This document shows, in pieces, positions 10,056 to 19,804 of a DNA stretch of 64,000 nucleotides (its first letter is position 1; each line of letters begins with the position of its first letter). A program made the position numbers and the translations under genes. The notes under the pieces are model-generated. The model was given only the letters and a program-made list of their open reading frames with translations, searched no databases and had not been told where the DNA came from. Source of the DNA: Sphingorhabdus sp. (GTDB lineage: Bacteria > Pseudomonadota > Alphaproteobacteria > Sphingomonadales > Sphingomonadaceae); contig JBOFLS010000083.1 of assembly GCA_051657985.1 (NCBI GenBank), forward strand, positions 1,358 to 65,357. The letters run 5' to 3'.

Positions 10056-12029
10056 ATGATGGCCATAAAACCGATCCTATCGACCTTATCGTCTCTCCTG
10101 CTCTTTGCCGGCTCATTGTCTGCACAGGATGCCGATGAGAGTGCGCTCGACCAGTTCGACAAATCAAAGCCTGTCCGTACAGCCTATGATTCTCCGGCGT
10201 CGGTCGAATTGCGCGATGCGGTGCGTCGAATGGCAATGCGGCCTAACGATCCGGTAGCTTTAAGCGATGCCGGACAGGCCTCTCTCAAACTTGGCGATGC
10301 TGCCGCCGCGCTCAATTTCTTTACCCGGGCAAACAGTTTGCAACCTGGCAATGCCCGCACGGTCGCTGGGCTTGCTTCGGCTATGGTACGCACTGAAAAC
10401 CCTTTCGAAGCGCTGCGCTATTTCGATGAGGCTATCCGGCTGGGCGCAAATGAGCGAACAATCGCACTCGACAGGGCTTTGGCATTCGATCTCCTAGGTA
10501 ATTTCAGTCGTGCGCAACAGGATTACCAACTTGCGCGTAGTTTTGTGCAGAGTGACGAATTGATCCGTCGTCAGGCTATGTCGATGGCATTGGCGGGAAT
10601 GTTCGATGAAGCCGATGGTTTGCTTGTACCGCTTTTGCAACGGAACGATCCTGAAGCCTGGCGTGCCCGTTCTATGATGTTGGCCACGCGAGGACAGTTG
10701 AAGGAAGCGGTGCAGATTTCACAAGGCTTTCTTTCTGCCGATGCAGCCCGCCGCATGGAGGGCTTTTTGCGACAGATGCCGCGGATGACCGATGCCCAAC
10801 GTGCCGCTGCGATGCATTTTGGTCACTTTCCCGTAAGCCGTATCGGCGAAGATACGCCCGAAATTCGCCAAATTGCCAGTGTCAATCCATCTACCCGTAC
10901 TGCCAGCACTTCAACCGCTACCGGCCAGGGTCGCCTTATCCCATCGGGAACACCACTGGGTTCCGTTGACAAAAAGCCGCTTGCAAAAAAGACCGATGAT
11001 AAGCCGAAGCGCGAAGACCGGCGCTTGGCAAAAGCGGAACCGGCCCCGGGTTTCTCTACGGCAATAGCCCAGAAGAAGTTTGAAGAGGCGGCAAGAGCCA
11101 AACCCGTGGTTATTGCCGCAGCCAAGCTGCCGCCCCCCGATACCGCCCGTGCGCCGGTTAAGATCATTCTGCCTGGCGCTTTGCCGCCGTCCGTTCCTGC
11201 GCCAGCCGTCGTAGTCGCAAGCGCTCCCGCTGCTGAGACTAGGGTAAAACCCGAAACCCCATCGCCTGGGGCTTCGGCACCTTTATCGAGCGGTCCCGTG
11301 CCGCAACAGCAGATCTCCATGAAAGCAGCCACGCAACCCACAAGCGTTGCGACGAGCAGCTCACCCAGTACATCTTCGCAGACGTCGGCGCCTGCTTCTT
11401 CTGTTGCCGCACCATCTTCGCAGATTATCGGTTCGGCTGAAGGCGGTATGGCTTCGACTGCCGCGGTTGCGCCGCAAGGTCCTATGCCGGATGGAGCTGT
11501 GACTTCGGTGGCGCAGCCGTCTGTTTCACCGGATATAGCAACGCCATCGGCTGCGCCGGCACCCGCCGTTACGGTTCAAGAGCCTGCCAAACCGGTTTCG
11601 TTCGATTTGGACGCCGTGGTCAAATCGATCGAGATTCCGGATAGCGAACAGACGCCAAGGGTTGCCGTTGTCGATCTGAAGGCAATCCAACGCACGCAAG
11701 CCAAAGCGGATGCCGAAGCCCGGGAAAAGGGCAAAGTTGACGTCAAGAAGCCTGCGGAACCGGCACGGATCTGGGTGCAGGTCGCTACCGGTGCCGAAGC
11801 GGCTATGGGAGGCGACTACCGCCGGTTGTCGCGAAAATCGCCGGATTTGTTCAAAGGCAAGGAAGGCTGGACGGCAATGTGGGGCAAGTCCGCCCGGTTG
11901 CTCGTCGGTCCTTTTGCCGACAGCAAGGCAGCAAAGAAATGGGAGGCCGAGTTTCGAAAGGAAGGCGGCAATGGCTTCGTCTGGCAAAGCGAGAATGGCG
12001 CGGTCGTAAAGAAGATAGGCGGAAAATAG
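10056..12029 (+). CDS. Exported TPR-repeat / C-terminal SPOR-domain protein
   Basis: Signal peptide (MAIKPIL...SLSA-QDA), TPR-like helices, Pro/Ala/Ser/Thr-rich linker, C-terminal WVQVA...RLLVGPF SPOR-like domain. Start chosen at ATG 10056 rather than TTG 9999. Confidence 0.8.
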   Translation: MMAIKPILSTLSSLLLFAGSLSAQDADESALDQFDKSKPVRTAYDSPASVELRDAVRRMAMRPNDPVALSDAGQASLKLGDAAAALNFFTRANSLQPGNARTVAGLASAMVRTENPFEALRYFDEAIRLGANERTIALDRALAFDLLGNFSRAQQDYQLARSFVQSDELIRRQAMSMALAGMFDEADGLLVPLLQRNDPEAWRARSMMLATRGQLKEAVQISQGFLSADAARRMEGFLRQMPRMTDAQRAAAMHFGHFPVSRIGEDTPEIRQIASVNPSTRTASTSTATGQGRLIPSGTPLGSVDKKPLAKKTDDKPKREDRRLAKAEPAPGFSTAIAQKKFEEAARAKPVVIAAAKLPPPDTARAPVKIILPGALPPSVPAPAVVVASAPAAETRVKPETPSPGASAPLSSGPVPQQQISMKAATQPTSVATSSSPSTSSQTSAPASSVAAPSSQIIGSAEGGMASTAAVAPQGPMPDGAVTSVAQPSVSPDIATPSAAPAPAVTVQEPAKPVSFDLDAVVKSIEIPDSEQTPRVAVVDLKAIQRTQAKADAEAREKGKVDVKKPAEPARIWVQVATGAEAAMGGDYRRLSRKSPDLFKGKEGWTAMWGKSARLLVGPFADSKAAKKWEAEFRKEGGNGFVWQSENGAVVKKIGGK

Positions 12030-12069
12030 CCACTGGCCTTATTCTCTAGGCTAATGCAAAGCCATTCTC

Positions 12070-13212
12070 ATGCAGTTACACGCCCCTTATGCCTGCGATC
12101 CCGGTTTAAGCCGGGGCCGTCTTCACCTTGAACCGAATGGCGAAAGGGGCGGGCCGCGCAACCTATTTCAGCGCGACCGTGATCGGATCATCCATTCGAT
12201 CGCCTTTCGCCGGTTGCGTCACAAAACCCAAGTCTTCATCGCTCCCGATGGCGATCATTACCGCGTCAGGCTGACACACAGTCTGGAGGTAGCGCAGATT
12301 GGGCGTACGATCGCTCGCGCTCTAGGTCTTGACGAAGATCTGACGGAGGCGCTTTGCCTTGCGCATGATATCGGTCACCCGCCCTTCGGTCATGCGGGCG
12401 AAGATGCGCTGGAAGAGGCAATGGAACCCTTTGGCGGTTTCGATCATAACGCCCAGACTTTACGCACGTTGACGACACTTGAGAGCCCCTATCCGCTTTG
12501 GCACGGCCTGAATCTCAGCTGGGAATTACTCGAAGGCCTGGCGAAACATAATGGGCCGGTAAGCACGCCAAGCTGGGCGCTTGCCGAAGTCGACAAGGCC
12601 TTTCCGCTGGATTTGGCGCACCATGCCTCTTTGGAGGCGCAAATCGCGGCAATTTCAGACGATATCGCCTACGATAATCACGATATCGATGATGGTATCC
12701 GCGCGGGTATATTGTCGATGGAGCAACTGTTCGAATTGCCTTTCGTCGAAAGGCGCTGGAGGGATATCTGCGGTCGTTATCCGGATGCGCGATATGAGAC
12801 TTTGGTGCGCGAACTGATCCGCGAACAGATCGGCGTCATGGTCAACGATGTGATCGACAGCACAAGGCAACGGATAAGCGAACTGGGTATAAAATCGGTC
12901 GAGGATGTTCGCACCGCCGGGCAGGCGATAGGTTGTTTTTCACCCGAACTTGCCGAACGCGAACGCGCTTTGAAGGCCTTTATGTATGCCAATCTCTATC
13001 ACCACGAAACACAATTGACCGCCGCCGCCGATGCGCGAAAGGTGATTTCTGAACTGTTTGCAGCCTATGACGGGAATGAAAAGCTCCTACCGATAGAATG
13101 GCTCGATACTCTGCCTGCCGATCAGCCTGAACGGGGCCGTCATATCGGCGACTTTCTGGCAGGAATGACCGACCGTTTTGCGCTCAACCGTCACAAAGAG
13201 ATTTTTGGATAG
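12070..13212 (+). CDS. dgt: Deoxyguanosinetriphosphate triphosphohydrolase-like HD protein
   Basis: [45 protein letters not shown] and DDIAY motifs. Confidence 0.93.
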   Translation: MQLHAPYACDPGLSRGRLHLEPNGERGGPRNLFQRDRDRIIHSIAFRRLRHKTQVFIAPDGDHYRVRLTHSLEVAQIGRTIARALGLDEDLTEALCLAHDIGHPPFGHAGEDALEEAMEPFGGFDHNAQTLRTLTTLESPYPLWHGLNLSWELLEGLAKHNGPVSTPSWALAEVDKAFPLDLAHHASLEAQIAAISDDIAYDNHDIDDGIRAGILSMEQLFELPFVERRWRDICGRYPDARYETLVRELIREQIGVMVNDVIDSTRQRISELGIKSVEDVRTAGQAIGCFSPELAERERALKAFMYANLYHHETQLTAAADARKVISELFAAYDGNEKLLPIEWLDTLPADQPERGRHIGDFLAGMTDRFALNRHKEIFG

Positions 13213-13231
13213 AGCCTAAAGGAGGGGGGAC

Positions 13232-13888
13232 ATGAAGAAAATCGTAATAGCAGGCGCTACAGGCCTGATCGGCAAGCAGGTGATTGCATTGCTTGCGGAT
13301 CGTCAGGACGTCGAGACACATATCCTTGTGCGCCGTCAGCCGGACACCGTTTTTCCGAATATAAAGACGCATGTCGCCGATCCGGCCGACTGGTCGCATA
13401 AAGTTGCCGCAATCGCGCCCGATGTCGCCATTTCCTGTCTGGGAACGACGATGCGAACGGCGGGGTCAAAGGCGGCGTTTCGCGCGGTCGATTTCGACCT
13501 GATCGTCAGTGTTGCCAGAGCCGCCAAGGCGGCCGGAGCGGAGCATATGATTGCGGTGTCATCCACGATGGCGAAGCCCGATAGCAACAATTTCTATCTG
13601 AAAACGAAGGGAGAAACCGAAGCTGCGATCCTGTCGCTCGGTTTCGAGCGCACTGACTTCATGCGGCCTGGTCTGTTGACGGGCGGCAGGCGACCCGACA
13701 GCCGCCCTGGCGAGACTATCGGCATAATGCTAAGCCCGCTTACGGATTTGTTATTAGTGGGCAAGTTGCGCCGATACCGGTCCATACCCTCCGCTATTGT
13801 CGCACGGGCCATCGTCAAATTGGCCCTCGGTGACGGTGAAGGCCAACATATCCACGAAAATGACGCAATCCGCGTGCTCGCCGGTTGA
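13232..13888 (+). CDS. NAD(P)-binding atypical SDR / YraR-like protein
   Basis: GATGLIG Rossmann motif, CLGTT...AF..VD, FYLKTKGE.E, RPGLL.G. Confidence 0.85.
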   Translation: MKKIVIAGATGLIGKQVIALLADRQDVETHILVRRQPDTVFPNIKTHVADPADWSHKVAAIAPDVAISCLGTTMRTAGSKAAFRAVDFDLIVSVARAAKAAGAEHMIAVSSTMAKPDSNNFYLKTKGETEAAILSLGFERTDFMRPGLLTGGRRPDSRPGETIGIMLSPLTDLLLVGKLRRYRSIPSAIVARAIVKLALGDGEGQHIHENDAIRVLAG

Positions 13889-13920
13889 CTCTGACTACAG
13901 GCCCAGCCAGAGCCGAATCA

Positions 13921-14088
13921 GTCGCTGACGAAACGGGAGAGCGCAAGGGAAACCCTGCCGCCGAAGGAGCAACCGCCCCGGAATCTCTCAGGCAGAAGGA
14001 CCGTTTCGGCTTTTGCGACACTCTGGAAAGCGTCTGCCGTCAGGTGGGCCACCGAAGGGGTAAAGCTCTCAGGTATCCGTGACAGAGG
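13921..14088 (+). ncRNA. Tandem glycine riboswitch
   Basis: Aptamer 1 gaaacgggagagc...gccgaaggagcaa...ctctcaggcagaaggaccgtttc (13930-14007) and aptamer 2 ctctggaaagc...caccgaagggg...ctctcaggt...acagag (14021-14088), directly upstream of gcvT. Leader gtcgc pairs with linker gcgac. Confidence 0.95.
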
Positions 14089-14147
14089 GGGCAGTGAATG
14101 GTGTGGATCCGCGCCTTTCGTTGTGACTCTGATTGCGGGAAGACCGA

Positions 14148-15296
14148 ATGGCTGACGATACATCTCCTCTCAAATTGCCGCTCGATGGCTGGCACCGTGC
14201 TAATGGCGCGCGGATGGTGCCGTTTGCGGGCTATGACATGCCGATCCAATATGAAGGCATCATGGCCGAGCATCTGTGGACACGGGAAAAGGCCGGGCTG
14301 TTTGACGTATCGCATATGGGGCAGCTGCAGCTGATCGGCGATAATGTCGCCGAAAAGCTGGAACGGTTGGTGCCCGGCGATATCAGCGCGCTGAAAGTCG
14401 GCAAGATGCGCTATTCGCTGCTCTTGGCGGAAGACGGCGGGGTTCTCGACGATCTGATGATCACGAATATCGGCAGCCACCTTTATGTCGTCGTTAATGG
14501 AGCTGTAAAGCATCAGGATATCGCCTATCTGCGTGCAAAATTACCCGATGTCGATGTGCTGTATGGCGAAGAAGCGGCGCTTCTGGCTTTGCAGGGGCCG
14601 AAGGCCGGGGATGCGCTGGCACGGATCGGCATAAAGCCCGCGCATGAAGGCTGGCCGCTGCCGACCGATCTCTATTTCATGGAGGCTGGGCCATTCATCT
14701 GGAACGGTGTGCCGCTTGGTATCAGCCGGTCGGGTTATACCGGCGAAGATGGCTTTGAAATCTCGGTACCGGCCACCCATGTCGAAGCGCTTGCCGATAT
14801 CTTGTGCGCACAGCCGGAGGTGAAGCCCATCGGCCTTGGCGCACGCGATTCTCTGCGGCTGGAAGCGGGCTTGCCGCTCTATGGGCATGATATGGACCCA
14901 ACCACCGATCCGGTGGAGGCCAATGCCAGCTTCGCCATTTCGAAGCGACGTCGGGAAGAAGGCGGCTTTAACGGTGCGGACAGAATATTAAAGGCGTTGG
15001 CCGATGGTCCATCGCGTAAGCTGGTTGGTTTTTCGGTGGAGGGCAAAATGCCCGTGCGTGAAGGCGCGTCTATCTTTGTAGGCGATAGCCAGGTTGGCGT
15101 TGTGACGTCGGGTGGCTTTGGCCCCAGCGTTAGCGCACCGATCGCAATGGGCTATGTCGCTGCAACGCATAACGCCGTTGGATCCGGATTGGAGGCTGAA
15201 GTGCGGGGGAAGCGCATCGCGCTGACGATCACCGCCATGCCTTTTGTACAGCACAATTATCATCGCAGAGCGATTTCAAGTCAGGCGAAGTCCTGA
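14148..15296 (+). CDS. gcvT: Glycine cleavage system aminomethyltransferase T
   Basis: FAGYDMPIQY, FDVSHMGQ, SRSGYTGEDGFEI and GLGARDSLRLEAG motifs. Start placed at ATG 14148. Confidence 0.96.
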   Translation: MADDTSPLKLPLDGWHRANGARMVPFAGYDMPIQYEGIMAEHLWTREKAGLFDVSHMGQLQLIGDNVAEKLERLVPGDISALKVGKMRYSLLLAEDGGVLDDLMITNIGSHLYVVVNGAVKHQDIAYLRAKLPDVDVLYGEEAALLALQGPKAGDALARIGIKPAHEGWPLPTDLYFMEAGPFIWNGVPLGISRSGYTGEDGFEISVPATHVEALADILCAQPEVKPIGLGARDSLRLEAGLPLYGHDMDPTTDPVEANASFAISKRRREEGGFNGADRILKALADGPSRKLVGFSVEGKMPVREGASIFVGDSQVGVVTSGGFGPSVSAPIAMGYVAATHNAVGSGLEAEVRGKRIALTITAMPFVQHNYHRRAISSQAKS

Positions 15297-15338
15297 CGAC
15301 CCGGAAACCGCGGCGAACAAAAGACGAGGAGCGAGCAA

Positions 15339-15710
15339 ATGACGCGTTATTTTACCGACGAGCATGAATGGATCGAGGTGGATGGCAACAGCGCCACCGT
15401 CGGGATCACCGATTATGCGCAGAGCCAGCTGGGCGATATCGTCTTTGCCGAGGTTCCGGCGGCCGGTGCGAAGCTGACCAAGGGTGGCGATGCGGCGGTT
15501 GTGGAATCGGTGAAAGCGGCTTCTGATGTCTATGCGCCGGTTTCCGGGACGGTTACGGAAGGCAATGATGCACTGGCCGACGATCCGTCGCTGGTGAACA
15601 GCGACCCCGAAGGGGCCGGCTGGTTCTTTAAGCTGGAACTGGACGATCTTGGGCAACTCGACGGGTTGATGGACGAAGCGGCTTATAAGGCTTTTGTGGA
15701 CGGGCTTTGA
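15339..15710 (+). CDS. gcvH: Glycine cleavage system H protein
   Basis: [18 protein letters not shown] and lipoyl site [16 protein letters not shown]. Confidence 0.97.
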   Translation: MTRYFTDEHEWIEVDGNSATVGITDYAQSQLGDIVFAEVPAAGAKLTKGGDAAVVESVKAASDVYAPVSGTVTEGNDALADDPSLVNSDPEGAGWFFKLELDDLGQLDGLMDEAAYKAFVDGL

Positions 15711-15715
15711 CATAT

Positions 15716-15844
15716 CCCCTCCCCTTCAGGGGGGGGGCAGTGAGACTTAGCGCCGTCAGGCGCTTAGTCGCAGCGGGGTGGGGTCTTTCACCGCTGCACT
15801 ATGCGGACAGACCCCACCCCAACCCCGCCCCTGAAGGGGAGGGG
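15716..15844. repeat. Nested palindromic REP-like element between gcvH and gcvPA
   Basis: Outer arms cccctccccttcagggggggg / ccccgcccctgaaggggagggg, inner ggggtggggtct / agaccccacccc, and side hairpin gacttagcgcc-gtca-ggcgcttagtc. Confidence 0.88.
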
Positions 15845-15859
15845 CTTGAAAGGAAGAAT

Positions 15860-17215
15860 ATGCGCTATTTACCCCTAACCGATACTGACCGCCAGGCGAT
15901 GCTGGGAGTCATCGGTGCGAAAACTATCGACGATCTGTTCGTCGATGTACCCGAAGAAGCCCGGCAGAGCGGCCCCATTGCCGGCCTGCCGATGCACGCC
16001 AGCGAAATGGCCGTAGAACGGCATTTTGCGGGGCTGGCTCGCAAAAATCTGGCCGCGTCGGACCATCCGTTCTTCCTGGGGGCAGGGGCTTACAAACATC
16101 ATGTGCCAGCGTCGGTCGATCATTTGGTCCAGCGCGGCGAATTTTTGACGGCCTACACGCCCTATCAGCCCGAAATCGCGCAGGGCACGCTGCAAATGCT
16201 GTTCGAATTCCAGACGCAGGTAGCGCGATTGTTCGGTTGCGACGTCGCCAATGCCTCGATGTACGATGGCTCGACGGCTTGTTGGGAAGCGATTGGGATG
16301 GCCGGGCGGATTACCAAGCGGAGAAAGGCTCTGCTTTCATCAGGTTTGCATCCGCATTATGTAAGTGTCGCCAAAACCATGGCGCATTTCACCGGCGATG
16401 CCCTGACGACAGCGCTACCGAATTTTGAGGCGACGGACACACAGCAATTGCTGGATAGCATCGACGGCGAAACCAGTTGTGTGGTCGTCCAGTATCCCGA
16501 TATCTTCGGTCGTATTGAGGACTTAACGGCTATAGCTCAGAAAGCGCATGAGCATGGCGTGCTGTTGATTGCAGTCGTAACGGAGCCGGTTGCGCTTGGA
16601 GCGATCAAATCCCCCGGAGAGATGGGGGCGGATATCGTCGTCGGTGAAGGTCAGTCACTCGGCGTCGGCCTTCAGTTCGGTGGACCTTATGTAGGGCTGT
16701 TCGCCTGCAAGGAAAAATTCGTTCGCCAGATGCCGGGGCGTCTGTGTGGCGAGACCGTCGATGCCGATGGTAAGCGTGGTTTTGTCCTGACACTGTCAAC
16801 ACGTGAACAGCATATTCGTCGTGAAAAGGCCACGAGTAATATTTGTACGAATTCAGGGCTTTGTGCTTTGGCGTTCACAGTTCATATGAGCTTGCTGGGC
16901 GAACGCGGCCTGCGTGATCTTGCGCTGCTGAACCATGCAAAGGCTGTGCAAGCCGCAGAGCGGTTAGCGAAAATAGACGGGGTGTCCGTTGTCAATGATG
17001 AGTTCTTCAACGAATTTACCCTGAAGCTGCCAGTCAATGCCCGCGACGTCGTGCACAAGCTCGCGGCTAAGAAGATATTGGGCGGTGTATCGCTGGGTCG
17101 ATTATATCCGGGTGAAGATCATCTTCAAAATGGCTTGTTAGTTGCTGTCACGGAAGTCGTGAGCGACGATGACATGGAGACATTTGTGGCGAGCTTGAAG
17201 GAAGTGTTGGCATGA
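15860..17215 (+). CDS. gcvPA: Glycine dehydrogenase (decarboxylating) subunit 1
   Basis: MRYLP..., [23 protein letters not shown] and [20 protein letters not shown] motifs. Start at ATG 15860 (AAGGA upstream); the frame is also open back to TTG 15707. Confidence 0.95.
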   Translation: MRYLPLTDTDRQAMLGVIGAKTIDDLFVDVPEEARQSGPIAGLPMHASEMAVERHFAGLARKNLAASDHPFFLGAGAYKHHVPASVDHLVQRGEFLTAYTPYQPEIAQGTLQMLFEFQTQVARLFGCDVANASMYDGSTACWEAIGMAGRITKRRKALLSSGLHPHYVSVAKTMAHFTGDALTTALPNFEATDTQQLLDSIDGETSCVVVQYPDIFGRIEDLTAIAQKAHEHGVLLIAVVTEPVALGAIKSPGEMGADIVVGEGQSLGVGLQFGGPYVGLFACKEKFVRQMPGRLCGETVDADGKRGFVLTLSTREQHIRREKATSNICTNSGLCALAFTVHMSLLGERGLRDLALLNHAKAVQAAERLAKIDGVSVVNDEFFNEFTLKLPVNARDVVHKLAAKKILGGVSLGRLYPGEDHLQNGLLVAVTEVVSDDDMETFVASLKEVLA

Positions 17216-18807
17216 GCATGATCAATCAGAGTGGTTGGAAGCCCACAATGACGGCCAATGACGCCGTGACGTCACCCACATACACCGAAAACCGGGCATT
17301 AATGCTTGAGGAAAAGCTGATTTTCGAGATTGGCGATACGCAAACGACAGGCGTCGATCTGGATGCGCCGCCGCAGGTCCAGTCGCGGCTTGGCGGTTTG
17401 GAACGCAACCGGGAAATCGGCCTGCCGGGCCTGTCGGAGCCGGAGACCGTCCGACACTATACCCGGCTCAGTCGGCAAAATTACGCAATCGACCTCGGCC
17501 TGTTCCCGCTTGGATCATGCACGATGAAGCATAATCCGCGGCTCAACGAAAAAGTTGCGCGTATGAAGGGCTTTGCCGATGTCCATCCGCTGCAGCCCCA
17601 GGAAACCGTGCAGGGCGCTTTGCAGGTTATCAACGAACTGGCCTTCTGGCTGATCGATCTGACCGGCATGCACGGCGTTGCCATGTCCCCCAAGGCTGGC
17701 GCGCATGGCGAGCTTTGCGGCATATTGTGCATCAAGGCGGCGCTGGAGGCGCGGGGCGATCCGCGCTCGGTGATCCTCGTGCCCGAAAGCGCGCATGGCA
17801 CCAATCCGGCAACGGCGGCCTTTGCGGGCTTCGCCGTCGAAAATATTCCCGCCACCCCCGAAGGCCGCGTCGATCTGGCCGCACTCGAGGCGCGGCTAGG
17901 CCCCGATGTGGCGGGGGTGATGATCACCAATCCCAACACCTGCGGTCTGTTCGAACGCGATATGAAACGAATTTCGGATGCGGTGCATGCGGCGGGCGGC
18001 TATGTCTATTGCGACGGGGCGAATTTCAACGCGATCGTCGGCAAGGTCCGCCCCGGCGATCTGGGCATCGATGCGATGCATATCAATTTGCACAAGACTT
18101 TCTCCACCCCGCATGGCGGCGGCGGGCCGGGTTCGGGACCGGTAGTGCTTTCCGAAGCGCTTTCCCCCTTCGGTCCAATTCCCTATGCCGCCAAGATGCC
18201 CGACCCCGGATCGGGGTCCGGGGCAGGCGGCGGTTTCAAGCTGGTCGAGGAAGAGGATGCAGGCGAAATGCACCCGCAGACTTTCGGACGGATGACCGCC
18301 TTTCACGGCCAGATGGGCATGTTCACGCGTGCGCTCTCCTATATCATGAGCCACGGCGCCGATGGTTTGCGCCAGGTTGCCGAGGATGCGGTTCTGAACG
18401 CAAACTATATATTACGCAGTCTGGAAGATCTGCTGGACGCGCCCTTTGCGCATTCAGGCCCTTGTATGCACGAAGCCTTGTTCAGCGATAACGGCATGGC
18501 CGAAGGTTTCTCGACGCTCGATATCGCCAAGGGACTGATCGATGAAGGCTTCCACCCGATGACCGTCTATTTCCCGCTGGTCGTTCACGGCGCGATGCTG
18601 GTCGAGCCGACCGAAACGGAAAGCAAGGCGGCACTCGATCAGTTTATCGGGGCCCTGCGCTCGGTTGCCCAGCGGGCGAAGGCGGGGGACGCATTGCTCA
18701 AATCCGCCCCGCATCACGCGCCGCGTCGTCGCCTTGATGAGACGCAAGCGGCAAGGAAGCCTTTGCTGGTCTGGAAAGAACCGGAGCTGCCGGTAGCGGC
18801 CGAGTGA
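17212..18807 (+). CDS. gcvPB: Glycine dehydrogenase (decarboxylating) subunit 2
   Basis: [21 protein letters not shown] and PLP-lysine motif [16 protein letters not shown]. Confidence 0.96.
   Translation: MSMINQSGWKPTMTANDAVTSPTYTENRALMLEEKLIFEIGDTQTTGVDLDAPPQVQSRLGGLERNREIGLPGLSEPETVRHYTRLSRQNYAIDLGLFPLGSCTMKHNPRLNEKVARMKGFADVHPLQPQETVQGALQVINELAFWLIDLTGMHGVAMSPKAGAHGELCGILCIKAALEARGDPRSVILVPESAHGTNPATAAFAGFAVENIPATPEGRVDLAALEARLGPDVAGVMITNPNTCGLFERDMKRISDAVHAAGGYVYCDGANFNAIVGKVRPGDLGIDAMHINLHKTFSTPHGGGGPGSGPVVLSEALSPFGPIPYAAKMPDPGSGSGAGGGFKLVEEEDAGEMHPQTFGRMTAFHGQMGMFTRALSYIMSHGADGLRQVAEDAVLNANYILRSLEDLLDAPFAHSGPCMHEALFSDNGMAEGFSTLDIAKGLIDEGFHPMTVYFPLVVHGAMLVEPTETESKAALDQFIGALRSVAQRAKAGDALLKSAPHHAPRRRLDETQAARKPLLVWKEPELPVAAE
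18197..18225. repeat. Short palindromic repeat remnant in frame within gcvPB
   Basis: tgcccgaccccggatcggggtccggggca contains ccccgga/tccgggg and gaccccg/cggggtc stems. It encodes PDPGSGSGA. Confidence 0.6.
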
Positions 18808-19448
18808 GCGATCGGTCGGAACCGTTTGTTTTCGATGGGGACGGCGAAGCCAAGCGCTTCGCGCCCGCGACGCAGCGGAACCGGGATGCCATTGCCGAAG
18901 TGTTGCAAGACATCTTGCCGACCCAGGGCGTCGTCGTTGAAATTGCCAGCGGAACCGGCGAGCATATCGTTCATTTCGCTTCCCGGTTCCCAAACCTCGA
19001 TTGGCAACCCAGCGACTATGATGAGGCCAGTTTGGCTTCGATAGCGGTTTGGAGAGACGAAAGCGGCCTTCCGAATATCCGGCCTGCTCTGCGGATTGAT
19101 GCCATCGCCGAAAATTGGCCGATTGAGCGTGCCCATGCCATGATCTGCATCAATATGACTCACATTTCCCCTTGGGCCGCAACCAAAGGGTTATTGGCCG
19201 GTGCAGCGAGGGTGCTGAACGTTGGGGCCCCACTTTACCTTTATGGCCCTTATCGTGAGAGCAACAGGCCAATTGCAGACAGCAACGAAGCTTTCGATCG
19301 ATCGTTGAAATTGCGTAATCCCGAATGGGGTTTGCGTCTGTTGGACGATGTGGTCGAGCTGGCCGCAGCCAATGGTCTGGCCTTTGAAAATCGCATCGCA
19401 ATGCCCGCGAACAATCTCTCTCTGGTGTTTCGCCGCTGCTCGCAATAA
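18804..19448 (+). CDS. DUF938-type SAM-dependent methyltransferase-like protein
   Basis: APAT.RN, EIASGTGEH, WQPSD, HISPW, YGPY, SNEAFD.SL, WGLR and MPANN motifs. Confidence 0.85.
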   Translation: MSDRSEPFVFDGDGEAKRFAPATQRNRDAIAEVLQDILPTQGVVVEIASGTGEHIVHFASRFPNLDWQPSDYDEASLASIAVWRDESGLPNIRPALRIDAIAENWPIERAHAMICINMTHISPWAATKGLLAGAARVLNVGAPLYLYGPYRESNRPIADSNEAFDRSLKLRNPEWGLRLLDDVVELAAANGLAFENRIAMPANNLSLVFRRCSQ

Positions 19449-19487
19449 CCAGTCTATCGCGACTCATTTACAGACAGGAGGTAGAAA

Positions 19488-19739
19488 ATGAACCCGCGCG
19501 CTATGATACAAACAATGATTTCCCTGGCATCCGCATCGCTGGGCCTTGTTGCGGCGTTGGCTTGGAATGAGGCAATCAAGGCCTTGCTGGCAAAACTTAA
19601 CTTGGGGGATGACCTTACAGGGCTGTTTACCTATGCCATCATAGCGACGGTGGTGGCCGTGCTTGTTCTGGTTTGGCTGGGTAAAATGGCATCCCGTATC
19701 GGCGGGGAAGCGGCGTTCGAGCGCGAAGCCGAAGGTTGA
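19488..19739 (+). CDS. Small two-helix membrane protein (DUF5654-like)
   Basis: GLVAALAWNEAIK...LFTYAIIATVVAV pattern; GGAGG RBS. Confidence 0.75.
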   Translation: MNPRAMIQTMISLASASLGLVAALAWNEAIKALLAKLNLGDDLTGLFTYAIIATVVAVLVLVWLGKMASRIGGEAAFEREAEG

Positions 19740-19748
19740 TAAAGCGAT

Positions 19749-19776
19749 AGGCAGGACAGAATATGTCCTGCCTTTT
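19749..19776 (+). terminator. Rho-independent terminator
   Basis: aggcaggaca-gaata-tgtcctgcct followed by a T run, between convergent genes. Confidence 0.8.
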
Positions 19777-19804
19777 CTGCTGATCACACACCTGGGTTCG
19801 ATGG

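Noticed and set aside
9420-11600. Ala/Pro/Ser-rich low-complexity tracts in the FtsZ linker and SPOR protein
   Set aside because: These are ordinary disordered linkers with no DNA-level tandem unit.
13885-14334. Small ORFs between the NAD(P)-binding gene and gcvT
   Set aside because: They overlap the glycine riboswitch, which explains the region.
2565-15844. Palindromic repeats as a CRISPR array or as IS ends
   Set aside because: They are isolated, dissimilar copies with no regular repeat-spacer period, no cas genes and no transposase between arms.
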